From Nitrosopumilaceae archaeon (GTDB taxonomy: Archaea > Thermoproteota > Nitrososphaeria > Nitrososphaerales > Nitrosopumilaceae): a stretch of 64,000 nucleotides of DNA. This document shows, piece after piece, positions 42,606 to 54,894 of this stretch. Both the position numbers and the translations under genes were made by a program. Position 1 is the stretch's first letter. Each line of letters begins with the position of its first letter. Under the pieces are notes generated by a model. The model worked only from the letters and a program-made list of their open reading frames with translations, was not told the DNA's origin and made no database searches. The DNA lies in contig CBDBMG010000002.1 in assembly GCA_965207375.1 (NCBI GenBank), positions 448,001-512,000 of the forward strand, given 5' to 3'.

Positions 42606-43299
42606 TAAGGTAAGGCGGGGCAATTTCGTACATAATTTACGTTCGCCTTCATAACTTCTGATCAATACAATCAATTGCTACCAAACTTGGTTACAAATAC
42701 CATGTGTTTATGCACTCTATGCATACCAGATTGTAAGCAATTCGGCCAAGCCGTTAGGAAGATATGGTGCAAAATTTTCGGAGATGTCAAAAAACGTGTA
42801 TGGGGTAATTTCGTAAATTTCTGCTACAAGCTGCGAAGATCAGCAATCCCACTTTAATGCAAGAAAACTGGTAGAAAACAGGCTATAGAGCAAGATGAGT
42901 CCTTAAATCAGCCGCAGATTCTCTGCAGCACTATTCAGATCGACTCTCTAATACAAGTCAGTATATAATGAAATTAGTACATAAACTAGCTTGTTCACGA
43001 GCTTGTTCATGTTGTTCAACAAACACAGAGGAACAACACAAGTAAGTATAGCTCGCTAAATGTAGTCTGCTTGCTTAGACTAAATGTACGCAGTATTTAA
43101 GTCGTGGTAGCATATCAAAATTTGCAGCAATAAATTTGTTTTTCTTGTTTTGGTACAACCTACAAGTTATACTCGACGGATTATCTTGTATAGGACCTGA
43201 ATTAACTCACGACAACTAGTGTATAAAAACCTAAGGCTTCATACTATAGATAGCTATATATAAATTGCCCCGCACTCGGAATTGCCCCGCCTTACCTTA
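42606..43299. mobile_element. MITE
   Basis: TIR TAAGGTAAGGCGGGGCAATT / AATTGCCCCGCCTTACCTTA. Confidence 0.7.
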
Positions 43300-43356
43300 A
43301 AAGCGGGACGGAAGACGGGGACAGGGATTTTTAGATGGATGGGGACCTGGATTTGG

Positions 43357-43916
43357 ACCAGCCGATTATGCCAGCATAATTTTGAGCATAAATAGGTAGC
43401 ATTAAGCATAATAGGAAGTGTTTGGTTAAATATATTATTAAAGATCGATATACTCTAATAGAACACTCACCATAATTTGTACTCCTGCACATGTACTGCA
43501 ATGGAGTAGGAACAATAATCACATTGGTGTGGATGCAGATTTTATTTTTAATATACATAGCTACTGTGAACTAACATGCATGTGCTAATTCTGAGCAGCT
43601 TAGCTATACCTAATGAGAGTATATTGAACTGCATGAATTTCACAAAATGTGCAGTGCTCTTTCTCACGGGATGCGGTTGCACCCCCTGTTCCTACTCCAC
43701 TGTACTGTAGTGTATAGAACTGTAGATAAAACAATCACCAAGTGAATATAAAATGCATAGAATGTGATTGTTCCTACTCCACTGCAGTAGTACACATTAT
43801 GATGAGTGTTCTATTAGAGTATATCGATCTTTAATAATATTTTTAACCAAACACTTCCCATTATGCTTAATGCTACCTATTTATGCTCAAAAATTTGCTG
43901 GCATAATCAGCTGGTA
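43357..43916. mobile_element. Foldback MITE with ~165-bp TIRs
   Basis: 43357-43525 is the imperfect reverse complement of ~43765-43916. Confidence 0.7.
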
Positions 43917-44365
43917 TTTATTGATTCGGATAACCTGCATGGATGCAAGCCTGGACTGTGTGACTCTTGAAACTACACAACTATTTATTATAAATCCTAT
44001 ACAAGAGATTAACTAACTAGCTAACTTGTATCACTATCATAACAGTGATAATATAGGCTATACAGAGTACTAGTAAACCTGGGGTCAAGAGTTTAATTCT
44101 CTTCTAGATTTGTTTATTTACTGTGCCTTTCTGGAGCTGTTTATTTACTTCAAATACATACTGTATGTTACTATGTAAACCATAAGCTATAGCTATGTAT
44201 GTCACTTCCATTATGTTTTCATATTTACACACTGTGGCTACAGATATGTACCCACCGAAGTAAATTTGAAGTACTTACAAAAACATAATACATATACTGC
44301 TTACATTTTGTTGAACTGGATTATGTAATTTAGATTTAGAACTGGATTATGAACAGGGGTAAAAT

Positions 44366-44869
44366 GTTATAGGAGTCTTGTGCGCCCCATATTGGAGTAT
44401 GCATGTGTTGTGTGGTCCCCTTACCTTAAGAATAATACAAATAAATTAGAAATAACACAACAACGAGCTGCTAGATTTTCTATTAATAACTATGACAATT
44501 ATGCTAGTGTCACAAATATGCTCAAATACTTAGGATGGCCTACATTAGAACAAAGATGCAAAGAACTGAGGATTCTCATGCTCTTCAAAATAATGAATCA
44601 GCTGGTTGAGTTACTTTCAGGGGGTCTTTTAATTCCTATACAAGAGGGCACAAGAAGAAATTTTGGCAGTTTCAAACAAGAATAGATAGCTATCAAAACT
44701 CCTTTTTCCCTGATGCTATTAAATTATGGAACAAGTTACCTGATCATTTAGTTGATATTACTGACTTAAATACTTTTAGGGAAGGATTAATAATTATGTA
44801 ATTACACACACCAGCATACACATGTACAACAATACTCAAATTGAGTCCTATACATTAATGATAATAAGA
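44366..44869 (+). mobile_element. 5'-truncated LINE (CR1/L2-group) 3' end
   Basis: Translates to the RT C-terminus YRSLVRPILEYACVVWSPY..QQRAARF..SVTNMLKYLGWPTLEQR; TAA-repeat tail; candidate TSD GGGTAAAAT (44357-44365, 44870-44878). Confidence 0.85.
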
Positions 44870-45932
44870 GGGTAAAATCTATCAAAGGCGTTGACTAGGA
44901 TAACCTGGATGTGACTCTGAAACAACACAACTATTTATTATAAATCCTATACAAGAGATTAACTAACTAGCTAACTCGTATCACTATCATAGCAGTGATA
45001 ATATAGGCCGATACTATCTAATAGAACAGTCACTAGTATTAATCTATCACTGCCATATTGTTCTAGCTCAGTGGTTAGAGCACCAGAGTAGTAAACCTGG
45101 GGTCAAGAGTTCAATTCTCTTCTAGATTGTTAATTTACTGTGCCTTTCGCTTTGCCCACCCCTTAATTAAAATACCAGTCAGTATATCAACTGTCGGTAT
45201 CATTTAAAAGTAACACTACCCTACTGTAGATTGTGTAGTATAAAAAGGTAGCCCCAGAAGAGAATTGAACTCTTGACCCCTGGTTTACTAGACCAATGCT
45301 CTAACCACTGAGCTATAGGGGCTTTCTATGTGTGCACTCATTTCCAGAAATTTAATCTACGTATGTGTTGATACTGTAAGAATGTATGTACATAGTATGT
45401 ATAGAGCATTTTTACATAAGTGCACTGTATATTGAAGCAAATAAAAAACATGAGTCCCATAAGAGGATTGAACTCTTGACCCCTAGTTTACAAGACCAGT
45501 GCTCACCACTGAACTATAAGGGCTTTATTAATGTGCAAGGTCACTTTCAGAAATTAAAATATTGCAGCTCCACGTGAGTAATGTATGTATATACGTAGCT
45601 GCGTGGCTTGCTGCTTGCTCCACTAGCTAACTATCCCCTTTTTGCCATTCATATGTGACCTGGCCAGTAAAAATGGACCAAATTGATACATACATAAAAA
45701 TTTTTGCTACTTTGCTGAATCATATTGATCATCACTATGAAATGTTTTCCTAAATGAAGGAATATAGTGTAGGCACTAATCATTATTGACTGCTTTATTA
45801 GAGAGTATCAATCAAATGTGCTACTCATATTATTTGACTTCAGGTATGGGGAGTCATTGAGTTTACAAAAGAAAAACAAATGTCTTCCTTATTTGTTATC
45901 ATATGATGTATGGTATGGCAAAATAAAAATAG

Positions 45933-46005
45933 AGCCCCAGAAGAGAATTGAACTCTTGACCCCTGATTTACAAGACCAGTGCTCTAACCACTGAGCTACA
46001 AGGGC
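45933..46005 (-). tRNA. tRNA-Thr(UGU)-like; best-preserved copy, possibly a pseudogene
   Basis: GCCCTTG TA GCTC AGTGGTTA GAGC A CTGGT CTTGTAA ATCAG GGGTC AAGAG TTCAATT CTCTT CTGGGGC T folds as a cloverleaf with one U-U mismatch in the acceptor stem. Confidence 0.45.
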
Positions 46006-46848
46006 ACTTAGCATTGAAATTTTATTTATGATAAGTTATTTCCTTGGGCAATAGCTACATAGCACTGGTCTTGGTCAATTTGGCAATAGCTAGATAGCAC
46101 TGGTCTTGGTCAAGAGTTCAATTCTCTTCAGGGACTATTTTTATTCAAAAGACATTTGTGATGAATTAGTATGTACATAGATTTTATAATAATCTTGAAA
46201 AGCTACATATACATTGTACGTACAGTACGTATGTACTTTCACCTAACACATAGCCCTTGCAGCTCTGTGGTTAGAGTGCTGGTTTTTTGTAAACCAGAGG
46301 TCAAGAGTTCAAATCTCTTCAAGGGCTTAACATTTCTATTTCTCCATTGCAAACTTTAATATCATCACTAAATTATAAGTTACTATGAATAAGTGGAAGC
46401 AGTAAATAATTTTGCACAAGAACAGCAGTTCTAAGCAAGTTTTGAGTGGTAATGGTGTCTTCTTGTGAAACCTGAGCAGTTCTACTACTGAATCAAATGG
46501 CCTTTCATATTCTTTACTTCCATCAACAACATATTTTTCTCACAACAACATCCTATCCACAAATTTTGCACAATGCCAAATGAATAAAAGCCTACAGGAT
46601 CTCTTAAATAAAACAACCATCAATGCTACATTGCTATCTTTTTCAAGTGCTGATTCAGTTGCCTTTTGATCATTTTCTCCATGATACCAAGGCAAGGCCA
46701 ATGGATTGGGACTAGCACTACTTGAGCTTTAATGCAGGCTTTTCCATTTGGTGGGTGGTTTAACATTGGAAGGAGTTGCAAATGTGTTGCGCCCTCCAAT
46801 AGGCATTGCATTAGCAGCTGGCCCTTGAGGCAATTGGTTGATTTGGGG

Positions 46849-47224
46849 GGCTGTAAAAAAGTGCGAGGCCAATCAGAAGCCACAATGGTTATAAGCGACC
46901 AAAACCTCTGATATCGAGTAAGGCCAAGAAGTTGAACATTTTATGAATCCTTTTACTTGAATGACATACAATAGTTTACAGGGCATTTTCACAACTATGA
47001 TTGGCTTTGTCACTTGGCCACCTTTTTGTACTATCATCTTTTATATTTAAGGTGGCCAAGTGACAAAGCCAATCATAGTTGTGAAAATGCCCTGTAAACT
47101 ATTGTATGTCATTCAAGTAAAAGGATTCATAAAATGTTCAACTTCTTGGCCTTACTCGATATCAGAGGTTTTGGTCGCTTATAACCATTGTGGCTTCTGA
47201 TTGGCCTCGCACTTTTTTACAGCC
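46849..47224. mobile_element. Foldback MITE with ~175-bp arms (truncated second copy ~48666-48926)
   Basis: GGCTGTAAAAAAGTGCGAGGCC.. / ..GGCCTCGCACTTTTTTACAGCC; arms appear perfectly complementary. Confidence 0.85.
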
Positions 47225-47559
47225 AGGCTGTTTTTGTTTAGTCTAATACAACAGTCACCTCAAAACATTTTATTTTTAATACAGTAGATACTTGAAGTAA
47301 ACAATATCATCATCTCTAAAATAGGCTATAATAACTGGTATAACATGCATCCTGTAATGACTGGTAACCACTTCTCTAATACAGCAGTCACCTTAAGTAT
47401 GAATATAATTATGTTATGTACATGCATGCATATGTACTTACAACATATTGGTAATAATATACAGCACTCACCCTAAAATATTTTGCGTAAATTGTAAAGT
47501 TGACTATACATAATCATCTATACATGGATGCATGAATAATCTCAGTACATGTATGGCAT

Positions 47560-48180
47560 GCATATCACATACTGGCATACCATTTTCTAATAGAGCAGTC
47601 ACCAAAAAACCTTTAGGTAAATTGCTATAATTATGCACCATAATTATAACATGAAAAATAATATCAATACATATATATAGGATGCATATACATATGGTAT
47701 GTAATACATACCATTTTAATAGAACAGTCACCTTAAGATTCTTTAAGTAAATGGATGTATACAGAAGTTTGCAATATTGCATAACCCATATATACATGCA
47801 CCATAATAGGATGCATGCATAATATCAATACATATATAGGATGCATACATACCACATACTGGTATGTAATACATACCATTTTAATACAGCAGTCACCTTA
47901 AGATTCTTTAAGTAATTAAGTAAATGTATACTGAACCATATATACATGCATCATAATAGGATGCATACATAATATCAGTACGTATATAGGATGCATACAT
48001 ACCACATACTGGTATGTAATACATACCATTTTCTAATAGAACAGTCACCTTAAGATTCTGATTGCATGCATACTAAAGTTTATAATATTGCATAACCATC
48101 TATATATGCACCATAATAGGATGCATACATAATATCAGTACATGATGTCATACCATATATAGGTATGAAATACATACCAT
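47560..48180. repeat. Degenerate tandem repeat, ~150-165-bp unit
   Basis: Recurring ATAGGATGCATACAT..TGGTATGTAATACATACCATTTT..CAGTCACCTTAAGATTC. Confidence 0.8.
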
Positions 48181-48590
48181 GTTATAATCATCTCAAAATA
48201 CTCGAGTAAACTACATAAATTTTAAATTTAGGAATATTGTCTGATCATCTGCACATGCACTTGGTACATTATGATAGTTATACAAGGATATAAATATCCA
48301 TAACATATATCAATATCAGTACATACCATATAATGGTATGCGTAACATTCCATTATTGGTATGTTTGCATAACATACCTATGGTATGAACCATCTGTGGT
48401 ATGTATTTCACTCCTTTCGGTATGGTTTTCATACTTTGTTTTTTGCTGTGTTAAGATGACAAATGTATTGCTCTTGCCAGGCTGGTGCAATTTCATGAAT
48501 AGCTATTTATAATGTGATATACACATATGCACCATAAATGTTAACTACGTAACGTATGTATAAGTGCATTTTCAGTTTCCTACAACGTAC

Positions 48591-48650
<60 letters not shown>

Positions 48651-49444
48651 TAAACAAAAACACCTTGGTTGTATAAAAAGTGCGAGGCCAATCAGAAGCC
48701 ACAATGGTTATATAAGCGACCTAAAACTCTGATATCAAGTAAGGCCAAGAAGTTGAACATTTTATTAAGAATTCTTTCACTTGAATGACATACAATAGTT
48801 TACAGGGCACTTTCACAACTATGATTGGCTTTGTCACTTGGCCACCTTATAAAAGATGATAGTACAAAAAGGTGGCCAAGTGACAAAGCCAATCATTGTT
48901 GTGAAAGTGCCCTGTAAACTATTGTACACTACCAGCAACTTGAGTAATGAAATATCTATTATAATCCCATGAAACATCAAATGATGCCATGACTCATACC
49001 ACGAAGTTTTAATTTCATGGGTAGTTCATGATAACAATGATATACACATGAAATTAGCAAAAAAATTCATAGGTTCTTCAACTATGAAAATCACATGAAT
49101 TTAAATTTCATGGCTTTGGGACATACCATGAATTTTTCTTCAATGCATTCTACAAATTTCATAGGAGTTTCATGGGTCTGCTGATGATTCTTAAAGCTTA
49201 TCAGTTATATATCCAGCTACTTATATTTTGGTGGTGAGAAAGTTGTTAAATATGGTGCTCATCATTTTGATGCAGTTAGGATGATTATTAATTATCATGC
49301 ATACATAGCTATGTATTTGCCCTTTAACCTCAAAGTTTACATTTTATTATGCAACTGTATCTATAACTATAGTAACATGTGTTATGTATGCAGTAGGTTA
49401 ACTACACTAATGCTGATAGTGGAGACATATTTTAGTCTTTTACA

Positions 49445-49750
49445 GCTGCTGCATTTGTAGCCAATAGCTAGCTATTTTGAGCTGCTGTATTTGCAGCCAA
49501 TAGCTAGCTATTTTGAGCTGCTGTATTTGCAGCCAATAGCTAGCTATTTCAGTTCTTGCATTTGTAGTCAATAGCTAGCTATTTTAAGCTGCTGCATTAG
49601 CAGCCAATAGCTAGCTATTTCAGCCCTTGCATTTGTAGCTATTTTAAGCTGCTGTATTTGCAGCCAATAGCTAGCTATTTTAAGCTGCTGTATTTGCAGC
49701 CAATAGCTAGCTATTTAGAGCTGCAGCATTTGCAGCCAATAGCTAGCTAG
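49445..49750. repeat. Minisatellite, ~35-36-bp unit, about 8-9 copies
   Basis: Repeats of GCTGCTGTATTTGCAGCCAATAGCTAGCTATTTT(G/A)A. Confidence 0.9.
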
Positions 49751-50446
49751 TAACTAGAGATGAGTGTATTCTGACATACGTAGCTTATACCATATATGTA
49801 TATAGTCAAAATTTTTGTGGTACAAAATTTTCACGAAATTTGCAAGACAATTTGTCTTTGTGAAATCATAATTGTGAATATCACAGGCTAGAGTGTAATT
49901 GTTTTCTTTGATACTTTCCTAATTTTATGAAATAAAATCATGAAAATCCTATTTTGAAGCTTTACATAGAAATTTAGCTCCACAAAAATTCATACTATAG
50001 CTACACAGTTTATACATGTTTATATAGCTATATAAGTGTTTAATTATATGCATAAACTTTTGCTAATGGCTCATAGCTACATAGCTATCTATCTAGCTCA
50101 CTGATAAATAATTTGTTAATGTCATAGCAAAATTTGGTGCTTGCATGCCCTTGCGTTAGTTGTGTATATATTGTAGTGTACGTATACTTTAAGGGTTCTT
50201 ATCGATAATCAGAGATCACTCGTAATAAGAATGTGCCTATTCAGGATCCCCACAGTAAGGGTGTTGTTATTGACCCCTGTATAACATAATATGCATGACA
50301 TGTGAATGTTTACACATTGTATATGTATTGACGTCCATTGTCCACACATCAGAAAAATGTTTAAAGCATATGTATGCAGCTAGTTGAGGATATTTACATA
50401 CTATTTAATGGATAGGTCTAGTAGCCTTGATTGTCATTGTTACTCT

Positions 50447-52930
50447 CTATATGTTTTGGTAGAGGTGAGGACTCTTCTTATCTATGCTGACATAAGCTGG
50501 TGATGGCTGCATCTGTATATTATCCACATTGAGTTGTCTTTGTAATTGAACTGGAGGAATCGTAACAGCATCTATAGAATAATAATTATACAAAGCTACA
50601 TCAAACTGTACTATAAGTTACCATTGTTCCTCTTTTGACTGCACAGTTTCCAAGAGAGGATGACACTTATTGTAGTAGTTATTACTGAAGTAACTATAGA
50701 CACCACTGCTAGTCCAATAAATATTTCACAATGCCTTTCATCAGTTTTATTAGTGCTGTGTTCATTAACTGTTTCACTGCTTTCATTAACTGTATAAATT
50801 ACACTGTTATAATATGTTGATATCGCTACAGAGTTATCACTAGTTATAACTTATAACTATACATATGTATGCATATTATTTTAGTTGTATATTCAACTTA
50901 ACAACTAAAAAATTGTAAATTCATATACGTAGTATAGAGATAGGCTTGAGCCTAATGTGCTGGCATAATTTTGAGAATAATTTTATTGAGAATAATTCTA
51001 GAATTATAGGATGTTTATAAGCATAATTCGGGAATAGCTAATAGGACATTCATGAGCATAATGTATTAATAAAATAAGGATATTATTTATTCTTTGGACA
51101 TCAGTAGTTCAGTTTCATATGCGTTTTGCAGCCGATTATTGGAAAAATAATAAAGGAGTATAATAGGTGAAAAATTTGGAAATAAATTAAGAAAAATAGG
51201 TAATATTTTTAGGAAGAGTTCAGGAAGGAATAATACTTAGGTTAATTTTTGAGCATAATACGTACTCAAGCCTATATAGAGCCAATAATTATAATGCATT
51301 AAGTTTAGGTAGAACTTAACTATTCATGCAACTACTTACGTACATACCTGTTCTAGCTAATTGTATTTTTGCAAGCTTTCTAGCTATCAAACAGCAACAT
51401 TACACTAGCTATACCTCACAAAACCTTGCCATGTGTTGTTACAGACATGATGATATAATTATACACAATTGAATGGATACATAGCAAACACTTACTGGAG
51501 GTTATATTTTGTATGCCAATGGTCTTTGTAATAACTGTTGAATTACTCCTCTGTCCTTCAATGTCAACAAATGTAATGCTGATATTGAACATAAAGCTCA
51601 AATGATAATCTGAATGTTCAAATAAGAAATTTGTTGTATTGTAAATTCCATGAGATATTACTTCATCTTCATTTGAAATTCTTACATTATAGTGTTTAGT
51701 TGCTAGCATACAGCATTTGTCAATTTCTGGTGACTGTAAATGTAGATAAAATATCATATATACACAGTACATATGGCTTCATAATAGATATACATATATA
51801 TTCATATGTATGTATGTTACTTACGTAGTTACGTACCTTCCACGTTACTATCACATGATCATGCTAGTGACATCAATAGGATTAGGAGCTATAAGGAAAT
51901 ATATAGCATGCAGAACTAATTCATACATGATACGTAGTATGTACGTACAAGAACATAGCACAAAATAAGCAGCTAATGCAATTATTAGGTCATTATACAA
52001 AATTAATGGAAACTTACGCTTTGACAAGGAAGTCCTCACTGATCGATATACTATTCTGGAGCCACTATTGTATGTAGATGTAACTGTAATGTTGTACAGT
52101 GTATCACTCTGCAGTCCATCAATGGTGTATTTAGAGCCACCATGCATGTCTGGATATGTGACATTGCCAGATATTGTAACATTATGTGACACATCTCCAC
52201 ATGCTGGATGACTGTGAGTATTCAGTGATATGATAATTGATGTAGTGCAGATTTCATCCACATTGATAATAACAGATGGTGCATCTGTTAATGACAATTT
52301 GTTAAAAAGTGTTATTATACAGTGCCTGTATAGTTGTCTTACCCACTATTGTCATTGTTCCTACATTGCTTATTACAGAACCACCTCCTATTCTTTGAAA
52401 AATACACTGATATGATGACTGATTGTGTTCCATATTTACTGGACCAACTAATAGTTTATTATTAGTACCATTGTTGTCTCCACTGGTTAGATCGGGCAGC
52501 CATTGTAGACCATTTATGAGTCCATATGAAATGCCATCTCCATTAATAGTATCATTACTAATGATTCATTTCTAAAGACTATCCTCCAGTCTGGTACTAC
52601 AAAATTAGGATCAGTTCCAGTGAATCCACAATAAATTTCTGCCATAACATTCATACACACAGTTGTATCCTGTGGTCCATTAGTAATAATAAAGCCTACA
52701 ATATTATAAGAACAATACAATATGTAGCTTAGCTAGCTATGTACATGAATAATACATATAGCTTTATACAAACTTAGCTATATATATAACAGTTAAATAC
52801 TAAAGCAATTTTATAGTGTCCATAAATCCATCATTAGCTACTTACATGGTGTATTAGAAGAAGACACAGTGATCTTTATTAGTAGTAGTATTAGTAAAAT
52901 CACAATACAAAAACTACCAACATTCTTCAT
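50447..52930 (-). pseudogene. Receptor gene B: paralog of gene A with a different TM and an ITAM tail; frameshifted in this sequence
   Basis: Exons 52930-52846 (signal peptide MKNVGSFCIVILLILLLIKITVSS), 52695-52343 (Ig; 10-nt deletion vs A near 52567), 52284-52018 (FN3), 51888-51837 (22 nt shorter than A), 51733-51496, 50789-50622 (TM IFIGLAVVSIVTSVITTTISVILSW then KLCSQKR), 50571-50447 (..MQPSPAYVSIDKKSPHLYQNI*). Confidence 0.8.
50941..51275. mobile_element. hAT MITE in an intron of gene B
   Basis: TAGGCTTGAG / CTCAAGCCTA TIR; TSD TATAGAGA / TATAGAGC; homologous to 53913-54296. Confidence 0.8.
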
Positions 52931-53071
52931 GTTCTTGAAATTGATTATCTTATGTGCGTAGTTATTTGACTATAAGGGATAAAAAACTATTTTAAAAGTT
53001 GAAGAGACAATATGCAAACCTTTACCACTCCTCTGATATGTAGGTATGAGTTTATGGTTTGTTATTTATTA

Positions 53072-53424
53072 CAGGGGCATAGAGAAGGTGTTTCCAGGGG
53101 TTTCAGGAAACCCCGAAACCCTAGACATTTGTCACTCCATTACATTAAAGCTGGGTCAATAACAAATTTTTAGACACATTAATACAAGAGTATGGGACTG
53201 AGATTGTTGGGAATAACCCAATGTATTTTTGTGGTTGAGGTAAACAAATTCCCTACCGATTATTGACACTCTCTAATATTGCAGTCAAACACTCTATTAA
53301 AGGATTCACTTCAATAATCCATAAATGCATAATTTATTAGTAACTGAAGGACCCCCAGATCCCTGCTTTACTTTTATTTTACCAACAAAAATGATTTGTA
53401 GAAAATCCTGGCTATATGCCCCTG
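53072..53424. mobile_element. hAT-like MITE just upstream of gene B
   Basis: CAGGGGCATA / TATGCCCCTG termini; GGTTTC..GGAAACCCC subterminal motif. Confidence 0.6.
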
Positions 53425-53547
53425 CATTAGTTAGCTATATTTAGACAATGGCACTTGGAGGTATTTAAGTGTTTTATTTGTGAAGACACCTGTTTTGAAT
53501 TACAGTCATCGTCTAAATAACTAAGACATGCACTGCTAAGGGTACTT

Positions 53548-53638
53548 AGTGGATAAACAACCTTTAGGAATCACACAACAATCACCTCGGCTGTGCCTCG
53601 ATGATCATTGTGTCATTCCTTCAGGTTGTTTATCCACT
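53548..53638. repeat. Foldback with CTCGGCTGTGCCTCG loop (Crypton-like)
   Basis: AGTGGATAAACAACCT..AGGAAT.ACACAA / TTGTGTCATTCCT..AGGTTGTTTATCCACT. Confidence 0.5.
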
Positions 53639-53912
53639 GAATTGTACTGCATGTCATACCTATACTTAGATAATGGCATACTTTGATCTTGAAGTGTTTT
53701 ATTTGTCAAGACACCTCATATCCAGAAATTTCTGGCTATGTGTGTGTATTAATAGAGGTTTTGATTTATATAGAAATTCAATGGTAATGGTACCCAAATT
53801 AAATGATAGTGGGCGTATGCAGCTATACACATATTAAACACAACTTACTAATTGTATATTTCCTACTTAAGAAGCCATTAAGTAGTTTCCCATCCCGCAA
53901 ATGCAATGCCTA

Positions 53913-54296
53913 TAGGCTTGAGCCTAATTTGCCGGCATAATTTTGAGAATAATAGGTAGCAATTTTAGTGAGAATAATTCTAGAATTATAGGATGTTTAT
54001 GAGCATAATTCTGGAATTATGGGACATTCATAAGCATAATGCAAGAATAATCAATTATTCATTGACAAAAAATTCATTTTAGAAAGATTCTTTATTCTTT
54101 GGACATCAGCAGCACAGTTTCCGAATAGTTTTAAATGCATTTTGAACATTACTTTTACTGACCCAGTAAAATTAAAAGAATAATAAAGGAATAATAGGTG
54201 ATGATTTGGGAATAAATTAAAAACAATGGGTAAAATTTTTGGGAAGTTCGAGAAGGAATAATAGGTAAATTTTTGAGCATAATAGGCTCAAGCCTA
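53913..54296. mobile_element. hAT MITE
   Basis: TAGGCTTGAGCCTA / TAGGCTCAAGCCTA TIR; perfect 8-bp TSD AATGCCTA (53905-53912, 54297-54304). Confidence 0.88.
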
Positions 54297-54894
54297 AATG
54301 CCTATAATATAATTATATATCCGGTATATGGGAAATTCAATGGTAATAATATTGTGCGTATTGTAATTCACCCAAATTAAATGATATTGGGCGTGTGCAG
54401 CTATATACATATTAAAGACAACCTACTAATTGTATATTTCCTACTTAAGAAACCATTAAGTAGTTTCCCATTCCGCCACACGACATGGCCACAAAATGTA
54501 TGGGGATTTCTGGATATGTGCTTATCGGTGTCTTAACACCCCTGATATTTTCATACATCAATAATCTGCAAATTTAATGATTTCTATTATTATATGGAGT
54601 TTAAAGAATTTAAACGATGTTAATGTTGGAGCGAACTGTGTGTAGCTAACTATAACTAATTATATAAACATCATAAGCATCTAAAGTGTAATCGAAGCAC
54701 ACGACTAGCTACTTGCTAGGTATTAAATAGAATATCATGGCCTGTGTGATTGTATGTACATGCACTGAGGCACAAGTTGCTAAATCCCTCAGGTTGTCGA
54801 AGTTACTGATCAAAATGTCTCGTGGTGCTTCCGTCGCTCCTATCAGCTCGCGTATCTTACATCGAAGAACCACTTCTAACCGTGACACTGCCCA

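Larger units (their letters stand above)
44065..46328. repeat. Cluster of about 7 tRNA-Thr-derived pseudogenes/SINE heads in both orientations
   Basis: TAGCTCAGTGGTTAGAGC / GGTCAAGAGTTCAATTCTCTTC A- and B-box sequence near 44065, 45064, 45250(-), 45455(-), 45933(-), 46096 and 46253. Confidence 0.8.

Noticed and set aside
48666-48926. Loop inverted relative to the 46849 palindrome, suggesting flip-flop inversion
   Set aside because: Fully explained by insertion of a symmetric element in the opposite orientation.
49445-49750. ~36-bp repeats resembling a CRISPR array
   Set aside because: Head-to-tail units without unique spacers, no cas genes, eukaryotic context.
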